Source: Plasmodiophora brassicae (lineage: Eukaryota). From it: a stretch of DNA of 20,000 nt. A program made the position numbers and the translations under genes. The notes beneath the pieces were generated by a model. That model was not told where the DNA came from, did not search any database, and saw only the letters and a list, made by a program, of their open reading frames with translations. This document shows positions 1-10,055 of this stretch, piece after piece. The stretch covers positions 1,351,254-1,371,253 of the forward strand of contig CP145416.1 of assembly GCA_036867785.1 (NCBI GenBank), read 5' to 3'. Position 1 is the first letter of the stretch, and each line of letters starts with the position of its first letter.

Positions 1-1117
1 ACGACGATATCGAGACGGCAACGTACACGCGACGAATGGAGATGCAGAAGCTGATGTCATTGTCGGGCCAGGCCGACATTGTCCTGTCGCATGACTGGCC
101 GCGGGGCATCCTGCAGTACGGTGACGATGAGGTCCTGATCAACCATCGACCCCAGCTGGCGAAGCAGATTGCGGCGGACGCGTTTGGCAACCCGCACCTG
201 GACGACCTGATGACGCACCTGAGACCCGGTCACTGGTTCTCGGCCCGTTGGCAACTCAAGTGGAGCGCCGCATGGCGACACGCGAACGGCCAGCAGACCT
301 TGTTCTACTCGGCACCAAAGACCTGCCGCCGGAAGGACTTCCTGCAGTACTTTGACATACCGTCCAAGAACGATGACCGCGACATCCAGTTCGATCCGGA
401 ATGGCTGGCCATAACGCGACTCAGCTCGCCTTTGCTGTCGTGTGACCCTGCATCGCAGCCGATCGAATTGACATCGGAAGCCATCCAAGCCGTGCGTCTT
501 CGTGCAGCATGGCCTGTCGAATGTCGCCTCGTTGTGCTGACGTGGTGATGGATGGCAGGAAACCGACGTGGTGCGCGCCGAACTGAACGACCAACTCAAG
601 GTGCCGCTCGAGTTCGAACGTACCGTCAAACCGCACAAGTTCAACCACGCGCGTATGGTCTGCAAGCCGAAGCGACGCATGGATTACCTGGAACGTACCA
701 GTAAGCACCACGTTTCCCGCGTGCATCGTCTGTCGCGACGCCCGGTGGTCTGACACCTGTTTGGTCACAGCCCTACAGCTGAACCCGTACACGTCCCACT
801 TCATGGAGCGGATGCGAATCGCCGATCCGTTTGTTGACAAGCGCAATCGGACGGTAGAGCGGAAGGTGGAGCCGAAGAACCGCCTGTCAAAGGAGGAGAA
901 GATGGCAATGAAGATCGCGCCGTACGACGAACGGTTCTGTTTTGAGAACGGGAAAATGCCGTTCGAGAACGGCGACCTGCTGGGCTTGAATCCGACTTCG
1001 ACGCCTGCGTTCCGAATGCCGGCAGCAACGAGCCTGCGGCTCGACCGCTTCCGTCAATCGCGGGTGATGTCGACTCTGGCCACGTCAGCAATGAGCGTTG
1101 TACGACGTGTTCGCTAG
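1..1117 (+). CDS. Lariat debranching enzyme (Dbr1)-like protein, 5'-truncated by the window. Predicted exons <1-491, 559-700, 771-1117. Probably catalytically degenerate.
   Basis: Translation has Dbr1 hallmark segments: DIVLSHDWPRGI, GNP..L..LRP.HWFSA, DFLQ, FDPEWLAI and C-terminal LNPYTSHF. Two GT..AG introns (492-558, 67 nt; 701-770, 70 nt), each with a CTGAC branch point, join three ORF-track fragments in frame. The 3' end at 1117 is less certain. Confidence 0.85.
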
Positions 1118-1597
1118 GTTTGGGCATCCAGCCGATGGCATAAACATATACGTACGATGTATTTCCGTGGCAGAGCGTCCGCTACTTCGTTATGGGCGAC
1201 TGGCTGGTCCTGCGGATCGGGTCGCATGACACACCGATCTATGGGGAACATGCGCGGCCGCAGGGTCCAGGAAAGATGCCGCAACGGGCCAGGCTCTGGC
1301 CGAATGAAGCCATTCAATGCCGTCGGTGCGTGGCACCCCCAATTGAGGTCGTCACGAGCCAGAGCGTTCCTGCAGGTGGTCTGGAATATTCTGGGACGCC
1401 CTAGCGGCCAATCGGCCCTGCCGTATTACAGGCCAGGGCCACATTGTAGTAACAGACGAACCCTTGCCCATTTCTGTGTCGTCGTCGTTCGGCAACCCCT
1501 CGTCGGCGACGTTGATCCGGAGTCGTAGCACAGCGCCGTCTCCCGCCCGCCCACCAGAACGGCCCATCGATCGCAACGTGAACCGCGCCGCCAACTG

Positions 1598-2479
1598 ATG
1601 AAGCATTGCACGCTCCTGGCCATTCTACTGTCGGGCCTCTTGTCGGCCGCTGTCGAGACCGACTTTTCGTACGCCGACCAGGGCGCCTGGCAGACGCTGC
1701 CCAACTCGCAATGCGGTGGACGTCGCCAATCGCCAGTCGACCTGGACCTACGCAACGTGACCGTGGACAAGATCCTGGGTCAAGATCTGGCTTGCACCTG
1801 GCAGCAGAACAAGGCGGTCATAGAGGGCGACCTGGTTAACACCGGACGGACGATGGAGCTGGACGTTCGGTCGCCACACACGTGTCGTGGCGTCCCTGGG
1901 TCGCCCAGTGCCCACTTCCGCCTCGCCGCCGTCCACATCCACTATGGCAGCGCCTCCGACCAGGGCAGCGAACACACGATCAACGGGCGAACGTCGGCGC
2001 TGGAGGTTCACATGGTGCACTTTGACACAAGGTTCGCCAGCTTGGACAAGGCCCGCGAGCAGCCGGGCGGGATCATGGTCGCCGGCCTGCTATTCGACGA
2101 AGCTGACGAGGCGATCGCGAACCCGGAGCTGACGAAGATGGCGGTCATCAGCGGGACGGCGCTACGGTCCACAGGAGGCGTGCTCGCTAGCCGCCTGAAC
2201 GCGGCCCCGCTGATTGAAGGCACAGGACTGGATAAGGCTCGGGCGCGCTTCCTGACGTACGCGGGATCGCTGACGACGCCGACCTGTAACGAGGTCGTCA
2301 CCTGGATCGTCGCCGCGGAACCTGGTCTGGTGGGCCACCAGACCATGCACCTGCTACGTACCGTGACGGGCCTGGGCAACAAGACGATCACGCCCAATTT
2401 CCGACAGGTCCAGCCGCTGAACGGACGCACGATCACGAGCTCGTTCCAGCCGGCCTGTGGTCTACACGGCCGCTGTTAG
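1598..2479 (+). CDS. Secreted alpha-carbonic anhydrase, intronless, 293 aa
   Basis: N-terminal hydrophobic signal-like peptide (MKHCTLLAILLSGLLSAA). Alpha-CA motifs QSPVD, HIHYG (two Zn His), GSEHTING, EVHMVH (third Zn His), YAGSLTTPTCNEVVTW and NFRQVQPLNGR. Cys pair typical of extracellular alpha-CAs. Confidence 0.95.
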   Translation: MKHCTLLAILLSGLLSAAVETDFSYADQGAWQTLPNSQCGGRRQSPVDLDLRNVTVDKILGQDLACTWQQNKAVIEGDLVNTGRTMELDVRSPHTCRGVPGSPSAHFRLAAVHIHYGSASDQGSEHTINGRTSALEVHMVHFDTRFASLDKAREQPGGIMVAGLLFDEADEAIANPELTKMAVISGTALRSTGGVLASRLNAAPLIEGTGLDKARARFLTYAGSLTTPTCNEVVTWIVAAEPGLVGHQTMHLLRTVTGLGNKTITPNFRQVQPLNGRTITSSFQPACGLHGRC

Positions 2480-3449
2480 GCGATTAGCTCGACGTGTTGC
2501 GGTGCGAGCACCGAGCCGTACTTGTTGGCTGACCTCTAAAACGATGCTGGTGTTCTGATGAACTCGCTTGTATGATATTGTGGCCGTAACCGCCGCGTCC
2601 TCAGCCGTAATCATACAGATGGAGGGTGCTTGACGTCAGCTGACGTTCACGCGTGGCATCGTTGCCGACCGGCTAAAGTGCTGCACAGGGAAGGACCGTA
2701 CCGGCGACGACGACATCACCACGTTGTTGACAGGAACGTGTCGGCTGTAACATGCATTGATGCGCGCAATGCTTCTGGGGAGTCCCAATCGCCGGACCGT
2801 GTCTATGGTTGGCCACTGCTCTGCCGCGTCGTCTAGCTAGATGCCGGCAAGCGATGACGCATGTGACGTTTTCCGTCCCGCCATCCGCCGTGCACCCGGA
2901 CCAGCACACAAGCGAGGGCACGTTTGAAACCGACACCGCAAGGTTCCACGCTTTGTCCTGGTGTGATACGCAATGATGGCATGGTCCCGATGGCGGCCCA
3001 CTATTGCCGTCTTGTCCCGTGAAGCATACTGCTGAACTAGAGAACGTCAGCTCGGTCAGCAGCGACAATGGATTTCCGATGCGTCGTCCTGTCTATGGTT
3101 CCAACAATCACATCTCTGGGGTCAGGCTACACGTTCGACGTATCTGTCAAAGTGTGTCACGGCACTGATGTTGTTCGTATCCCAGGCGTTTCAGCACCTC
3201 TGTACGCAACCGTCGAATGAAGATGCATTCAGGGCAACGTAAAGGAGACACCGATCCCGCGGTGGGTGCTGTCGGCGCGACCGATGACCCGACGTCGCTG
3301 CCAGCCCCGAAGGCCGCCCTCTGCAACGCCCTGCATGGCCGCCCGACATGCCGTTGTTTCGGCATCACACAGCGCAGGTCGTCCCTGCCGTCGCGCCTGC
3401 CTGCACCCGGGTCGACGTCGCTGCCGACCAGTGACCTTCCCGCAACAGA

Positions 3450-3712
3450 CCTACTACGACCACAACGCGTCCTGCTGGACGTATGACGTCGCGCGCGTCC
3501 TGGAACTCATTACGACCGCAACACGTCCTGCTCGATGCGTGCCGTCGCGTCCAGCATGTCTGGGGGACGCCCTGCATCTCGAGGACAGGTACGAATCGTA
3601 GCCTCTGGCACAGACCCAGGCCGTCTAACTCTTGCTGGACAGGGCACGCCTGCCGTCGCCTGCCGTCTCCCGTCCAGCATGAGCACCTGCAGGGCAGCGG
3701 TCGTCCTGCCGG
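3450..3712 (+). repeat. Copy 1 of a dispersed intron-containing subtelomeric repeat (gene-family relic)
   Basis: CTACGACCACAAC..TCCTGCTGG ... CAG|GTACGA..CTAAC..ACAG|GGCACGCCTGCC..AGCATGAGCACCTGC is shared with the copies at ~14.65, 16.17 and 18.12 kb. Intron-like segment 3589-3642 (54 nt). Confidence 0.75.
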
Positions 3713-4006
3713 GGGGGGGCAGCGCCGCTCCGGTCTGATCCTCAGCTGAGGCGGCGTCCTGGCCGCCCGCCAGTCGTTACAATCGGTCTCGCGCGCCCCT
3801 GCCCTACATCATGCATCGATGGGTGGGCGGACCAACGAAGGGCGCCACTGAGGTCCCCGCCTGCCTGGCGAGCGTCGCTTGTTTGTCCTGCAGGTCGCCA
3901 AGCAGGGCAGCGGCGCCCAGCGCCAGTGGGCGCCGGTTGACATGCGAACGCGAGAGGCAACCGTTGCAGCCGCCTACGACGGGGCAGCATTCGCGTCGGA
4001 CGCCGG

Positions 4007-4520
4007 TTCAGCGAGACGCCGCAGTGCTGCTGACGAACAGCTTGTGAAGCTGCAGAAAGGCAATAACGGACACCACAACATCATCTACCGTAAGCATCCA
4101 CCGCAGTATCCGAACTGCTGACGGTGATTAACAGGCACCTCCTACATACGTTGCGCACCACCTTCCAAACTGCGCAGCCGCCGGCGCTCTCAGGACGAAC
4201 GCCGTCTGGATATCGAGCTCCTCCAGGCGGGCGGTCCCGTCGAAACAGAACGCGAAACCTGCACGTCACGCCGGTCAGTGAGCCCCTGCCGACTGGAGGC
4301 CGGCCACTGACTGACGAACGTGATGGGGTCGCAGTCCAGGATCCAGCGGCTGGCACTTCGGGTCGCTGTTTGACGAGCGCCCACCTGAAGAACATCTCCG
4401 GTCAGGTGACCAGCTAGCCGCCAACAACGTCTAGACGCCGACGCTGTCCAGGTTCGCCTCGTCGCTCTGCATCTGATTGGCGAACTCGAGCAGCGACAGC
4501 ATCCCGCTCAACGTGATTCT
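4007..4520 (-). pseudogene. Possible degraded spliced gene of unknown function
   Basis: Protein-like minus-strand segments (RITLSGMLSLLEFANQMQSDEANLD; FAFCFDGTARLEELDIQTAFVLR; RILRWMLTVDDVVVSVIAFLQLHKLF) and an intron-like GTCAGT..CTGAC..GCAG at about 4315-4259. No family recognised, and the frames are broken. Confidence 0.25.
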
Positions 4521-4997
4521 GGTCGTACCGGTCGGACTCCTCGTACAGGCGATCGGTCGACCTTGGCCTTGGAGAACTGCGCCTTGAGCCAGGCCAGCCT
4601 GCCCAGCTATCGTAACTGGCACGTCGGCAGGCGTCGCGTGGCACGACCGTCTGCGACGTGGGGACTTGCCAGCGCAGGGCACCACTAATTTGGTGCCGGG
4701 GTCGCCCACGCCTTGGCCGGTGTGGGCGGGTTCGCCGCAGATGCGATGCAACGGCGTCTGAAACGCAGGCAGACCGGCGACAGAGCGGCAGGGGTTCCGA
4801 AATGGGGTCGCGCGCAAGAACATGGGACGAAACGGGCCAAGCGGAATGGGGAACCCGCAACGTTGCTCAACATCGGTGGCGACCTGGATGTCCGCCCACT
4901 GTGGACCGTCAGTCGCAATTTGAAGACGGTGTGGAGGGATGGCGTCGTCGTCAGCGTCGTCGGCCCGGGCGCGAGACTTGTTCCCGACGTCGCTGAG

Positions 4998-5753
4998 GTT
5001 GTGGCGCGCATGTTAATACCGTCACGTACGTCCGAACGGGCCGTATGGTCCGATACCAACAGGATGACAGTCGATGATCAGGAATGCCGGCCGCTGGTCG
5101 GTGCCATCGTCCTTTTTGTGCTGACGATCCGCTTCGTCGCCGCTTACGTGTTGGTCGAAATGGTCACCGTCACGGTGGCGACTGATGTCGGACTTGCTCT
5201 CCTATTGCTCGTAATTCTCTGCAAATCAGTCATCATTGTGCGCCAACACCTGGGCCATCCCGCGAACGACCATCTCATAAGCGGCGGCAAAGCGGATCGA
5301 TTACGCGTCATCGGTTTGTGTGTCTTGGTCGCGCAACAGCGCTAGCTCAGTAGAGGCATCTTGATCCGGGCCGACGTGAACATGGTGATGCGCGTTGTTC
5401 GCTGGATGGCCCAGGTGTTGGCGCAGAATGAAGGCGGATTTGCAGAGAATTACGAGCAACAGGAGAGCAAGTCCGACATCAGTCGCCACCGTGACGGTGA
5501 TCGACCTTGTCAACCATCTCGTAAGCGGCGACAAACCGGATCGTGAGCACAAAAAGGACGATGGCACCGACCAGCGGCCAGCATTCCTGATCATCGACTG
5601 TCATCCTGTTGGTATCGGACCATACGGCCCGTTCGCACGTACGCGACGGTAACACGCGCGCCGCAACATGTCCACGTCGGCCAGGATCAGGATGCCTCTA
5701 CTGAGCTAGCGCTGTTGATGCGCGACCAAGACACACAAACCGATGACGCGTAA
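4998..5753. repeat. Complex fold-back: two interlocked long inverted repeats
   Basis: Arm ~4998-5270 is the imperfect reverse complement of ~5394-5667. Segment 5301-5384 is the reverse complement of 5667-5753. 5270-5299 is also a direct repeat of ~5514-5543. Confidence 0.9.
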
Positions 5754-7263
5754 CCATGCTATTTTCTTTGCCATAAACTGCCCACCGTGATTGTCACGAC
5801 TATACAACGATGCGTTGACGACGCCTGACAATGATTGTTCGAGATCGATAGTGTGCTCAAGGCCTGATGAAGGCTCCTCGCTCGAACCGCAAGAGCGTGT
5901 CGAATGGTGGATCGACCACGCAGCTCAGCTTGGGATGCGTAGGCGGTAGCCAAGTTGGCACGCTTCTCTCTGAGCCAGTCAGGATGCTGAACTCGAAACC
6001 AGGGAACCTGAGCAACACGCGACGTGGCTGTATCACCTTCGTGCGTTCGCTGATGAGCTACGGCCAATTCATCGCCGCCCATAGGAGGACGTCGCTGAGA
6101 GAGATCGACGCCTGGATTGGTGCTGTTAACGAGTTCGAGGAAATTCTCTGTTTATTCGTGAGGGCGGCGCCCAACAACGTGAATGGGACGCCGGGTCGTC
6201 AGGCGATGGCCAATCGGCGATCGCTCGAGCAGGTGATGATACGCACTGCGCCGCTCAGCCGTTTATGGCGAGCGGCAGCAGTGCGGGCTCGGTTCGCGAT
6301 GCGGGCGGTATGCACCGCAGCGCTGGCCTAGGTGGGGTGTCGGTAGATGCCTTGCTGCATCGGGTCGGGGGCACCGTCACAGGGGGAGTGGGTGCCCGGC
6401 CGCGGCTCAGCACGGCATGGTCTTGGGGAGCGTGGGGGAAGGTGACCTTGAGCACGGCAGCGCGCGCTCAGTGGAGAGGCGCAGGCGGCGGGGCGACCAC
6501 GGCGGGAGCCAGCGCGGGCTGGCGCCCCCGGACGCCTGGTCTTATGCATCGTCGGCTGGCGCGTGCCTGTGACGGTGCGGCAGCAGGCGGGGCGGTTCGG
6601 CGACGTCGGGCGCCGGGTGCAGGACGGGATCGGCCGCGACCGACGAGATCAGCAGCAGTAGTAGCGCGGCCGGCACAAGCCTGATCTTGAGGTCGACACG
6701 GCGGTCCGGATCCTGCTGGACGACAACGGCCTCGGCGGCGGCGACGGCGACTGCAGCGGCCTGCAGGTTGTCCGGCTCGTCGTGTAGGTCCGGCTCGAGG
6801 AACGCGATGGCGGCTGGTCCGGCCATTGACGCCACGCACTGGGCCGAGATCGACAACGGCGCCCCGTGCAGGCACTCGACGACGGTCGCGGACGTTGCCG
6901 CGCACGATGCTGCGGTTCCCGAAGACCATGGCCACCGACGACTTCATCAACGAGTCCATGCCGGCGAGCAACGCTTTCGAATGATCCGAGAAGGCCAGGC
7001 CATACTCGGCGCGGGCGCGAACCCAGCAGAATATGAGCAATCGCTTGCGGGCTAGGGACAGGTGCGACCGGTCCTGAACAGCGCGTGCTGACTGATCCGT
7101 GCCGAAATGTTCCGTGATGAGGGCTGCGGGGATGTTGCGTGACGTGGACACGGGGAGGGGAGGGGGCTCTCGGGGATGCCGCCCGCACTCGCATACCGCC
7201 GCCGCCGCTCGCTCGCATCGCCGCCGCTCGCCGCCACCGCTCGCCCGCAGTACTCCGACCGAC

Positions 7264-9615
7264 ATGGACAGCAACCGACGCATCACCGACACGACGACAC
7301 CCCAGGAGGTCGCCGTCGTCGTACGCGACCTCAGTCAAGGGCGGGCTCGTCTCATTGGCAGCTTTGACGGCATTGTCCTCCGGGACGTGAGACGCTCATA
7401 CCTTCACCAATACTTCGTCTGGGATGACGAGGCGCCCAGCGAGGGCCGGACCGCGTTCATCGACAACTTCTATTCGTGCCTGCATCGGCCCGCACCGTTG
7501 CCTGCCGTCCCGTTCACGTGCGGCAGCATTGCCGTGGTCGCGACAGATGTGGCGTCGATGTATCTGGCAGCGAATCCTCGCCGTCGAGGCGCACCCTACA
7601 AGATCGTTTCGGTGGCCAGAGCGCACTCCTTAGCCGGGTACGGGGTCGTCCACATGGCGGCGTTTGCTCTCGCCGGCCTGTTCGATTCGCATAGGCGGTT
7701 CTCTCCGCTCCAACTACCAATGCCCGACGTCCTGCACGAGGCCGCCATGCCCGACCGTGATTTCTCATTCTCTGCCAGCCACATCCTGCGCCCGAGCCAC
7801 AACAGCAACCTGAGCGTCACGATCGCGTACCTGCTGGCCGCGCTGCCGCTCAGGACTTTCGTCCCGAGCCCGCTCTGCCGCCCCGAGCTCCAATTCCACG
7901 GCCGGGTGTGGGATCGCGTGCTGGACGCGGCGTTGCGCGTCCCCGAATCGCAATCGCCCAGCATCTTCTCGCATGTCGAGTTTGCGCTTGCCCAGGTGCT
8001 GGACGGGTTTCCTGACCAGTTCGTCGACTACGCGGTGACGCTGTCGGCGACGCCGGTGACCGGCAACGATGATCCGATGCGGCGCGCCCGTCGTCTCCCC
8101 ATATTGCTGGCCGAGATCGGCGCGCACGACGTGATGGAAGACTGCGACCACAAGGACTTCCGGAAGATGGCTGTCGACATGGCCGCCTCCCTCATCGCTC
8201 AGCTGGGCGTCCTGCGCGAAGCGCCTCGCGACGATCGCGCCCGGCTACGCGTCTTCGGTCTACTGTGTGGCGGTGGCCGAGCTCAGCCGTATGTTCTGGT
8301 CCCAGACCTCGCCGACGAGGGCGACCGTGACAAGTCGGACGAGACTGTGCGCGCCTCTCTCGTCCTGCACCCGTTGCCGTCGTTTGATCTGTTCGGCAAC
8401 GACGTGGAGCAGGATCCGGTTCCGCTGGTCGTCCCGCCCGGTGATCTGTGCAATCCGGACGACGTCGACCAGCTCGACCGGAACGACCGCGCCCGCTACG
8501 ACGGCCGTTCGGTCCGAGGGCCCAGTGCTCGCGTCTTTGCCGAAGACGGCACCGTCAAGCTGGAGTACCTGCGCCCACTGTTCACTTTTGCCGACGCCGT
8601 CCGTCAGTACGCTGCCGAGTACGACCGCCTGCTCGACGGCCACAAGGCCGACCTGTCGCCGCCGTTCCCCTATCCGGACGAGTTCGGGTCGCCTCCGCGC
8701 TCGAGGTCCAGTCACGCGCTGCGCTCATCGGCGCGATCCTCGCAGCGTTCCTCGGGGACGTCGTCACAGCGTCCGCCGAAGCGCCCTCGCACCCGGGACG
8801 TCGTCGAGGCCGAATTCGACTCGTCGTCGGGCGTGTCGGTGTGCCTTCTGCGGCGGCCGGACGGGTCCCGTGTCGCCGTCAAAAGAAAGCCGAAGAGCAG
8901 GCAGCTCGAGATCGACCTGCTGCGAGCGGCACAGGGCCCGGGCGTCGTCCGCCTTGTCGAGGACCGGGGCGACGCCGGCATCGTGCTCGTTGAGCAACGC
9001 CTGGATCGTATCGATCTGGCCGACCTGTCGCTGGCGGGCATGGCCGCCGTCCTGATTCGCTTGTTCGTCGACGGTCTGGACGCGTTGCAGACGATGGAAC
9101 GCGCCGGCATCGTGCACCGGGACATCTCCGTCAACAACCTCATGTACTCGATGGAGGATCGTCGGTGGCGCCTCACCGATTTTGACGCCGCCTGTCGCGC
9201 GACCGACCTGGTGGACGGGGGCGACGGCGTCCTGTATGGCACCGACGGGTTCATCGCCCCGGAGGCACTGGCGCCCGAGCGCCGGTACACGTTCGCGTCG
9301 GACCGTTGGAGCCTGGGCGCGTGCGCTCTGTACTGGATCAACGCCGCCGAGGACGAGTACGGGCGCCGTCGCGACGTTGGACACCTGTTCGGCGCCCTGC
9401 TCGGCCAGTTGCTGGTGTTCGCGTACCATCTGCAAGTCGGCGATCGTCGCTTGCACGACGACGAGGTGCAGGTGCTGACGGAGTGGAAGATCGAGAGGCA
9501 CCTGCCCGGGTGGCCCCGGAACGGAGAGGGCACCGAACGGCCATCGGGAAGCGTGCCAGTCTCGTCCAGGACGCGCGACAAGGAGTCCCACCTGGACGGG
9601 TCGCCCGTGCGGTAA
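7264..9615 (+). CDS. Putative restriction-endonuclease-fold + protein kinase fusion (Crinkler/CR-effector-like architecture)
   Basis: Intronless open frame (ORF track 7099-9615; first in-frame ATG after the GC-rich leader is 7264). C-terminal kinase motifs: VAVK, EIDLL, HRDISVNN, DFD, GTDGFIAPE, SDRWSLG. The central FVDYAV...ILLAEIG...HKDFRKM...RVFGLL segment resembles a PD-(D/E)xK-like REase core (recognised by eye). Confidence 0.8.
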   Translation: MDSNRRITDTTTPQEVAVVVRDLSQGRARLIGSFDGIVLRDVRRSYLHQYFVWDDEAPSEGRTAFIDNFYSCLHRPAPLPAVPFTCGSIAVVATDVASMYLAANPRRRGAPYKIVSVARAHSLAGYGVVHMAAFALAGLFDSHRRFSPLQLPMPDVLHEAAMPDRDFSFSASHILRPSHNSNLSVTIAYLLAALPLRTFVPSPLCRPELQFHGRVWDRVLDAALRVPESQSPSIFSHVEFALAQVLDGFPDQFVDYAVTLSATPVTGNDDPMRRARRLPILLAEIGAHDVMEDCDHKDFRKMAVDMAASLIAQLGVLREAPRDDRARLRVFGLLCGGGRAQPYVLVPDLADEGDRDKSDETVRASLVLHPLPSFDLFGNDVEQDPVPLVVPPGDLCNPDDVDQLDRNDRARYDGRSVRGPSARVFAEDGTVKLEYLRPLFTFADAVRQYAAEYDRLLDGHKADLSPPFPYPDEFGSPPRSRSSHALRSSARSSQRSSGTSSQRPPKRPRTRDVVEAEFDSSSGVSVCLLRRPDGSRVAVKRKPKSRQLEIDLLRAAQGPGVVRLVEDRGDAGIVLVEQRLDRIDLADLSLAGMAAVLIRLFVDGLDALQTMERAGIVHRDISVNNLMYSMEDRRWRLTDFDAACRATDLVDGGDGVLYGTDGFIAPEALAPERRYTFASDRWSLGACALYWINAAEDEYGRRRDVGHLFGALLGQLLVFAYHLQVGDRRLHDDEVQVLTEWKIERHLPGWPRNGEGTERPSGSVPVSSRTRDKESHLDGSPVR

Positions 9616-9972
9616 CGCGTTCGACCGGTCAAGACGTGCGCCCAGACGTCGACCTGAATATTGGAAATGTGTTCGTTCAGAGGCCGGTCCTGTCCTGCTC
9701 GTGGGATGATGGCAGGGCGCACGACAGCAATAATAACGGTCTGCCTATCGTCCTGGATTCCATCGACCACCTTGGTGTCCACCTGAGCGCTGAGCAAGCA
9801 GCTCGTTGCCATCTTGGAGAGTGTGAACGTTCGCTGACGGTCGCCTCGTCGAGTCGATCCTGTGGGGCATTCGTAACCGTTTACTGTACGACGTGTTCGA
9901 CGAGCTTGCGCCCGACATCGTTGTGTGAATCGTCGAGAGCTTCCACATCCTGCACTCGGAGTTGAGGACGTA

Positions 9973-10000
9973 CTACTCCGTTTCATCTGAAGAGTCCGAT
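9973..10000 (+). repeat. Left terminal inverted repeat of the mariner element
   Basis: 28 bp, preceded by TA. A partial internal second copy, GAAGAGTCCGATTCGTGCA, lies at ~10025-10043. Confidence 0.9.
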
Positions 10001-10055
10001 CCCACGGCGTTTTTCGTTCCAACAGAAGAGTCCGATTCGTGCATTCATGCCGACA

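Noticed and set aside
4713-5594. Membrane-protein-like ORFs 4713-5345 (+) and 5301-5594 (-)
   Set aside because: Their shared peptide (TVTVATDVGLALLLLVILCKS) is just the product of the inverted repeat; there is no independent evidence of coding.
8712-10022. 436-aa minus-strand ORF and other long ORFs overlapping the kinase, CA and YR genes
   Set aside because: Mostly antisense or alternate-frame shadows of GC-rich coding sequence, Arg/Ser/Pro-rich with no motifs. The 9620-9800 part could be a gene relic, but I cannot support it.
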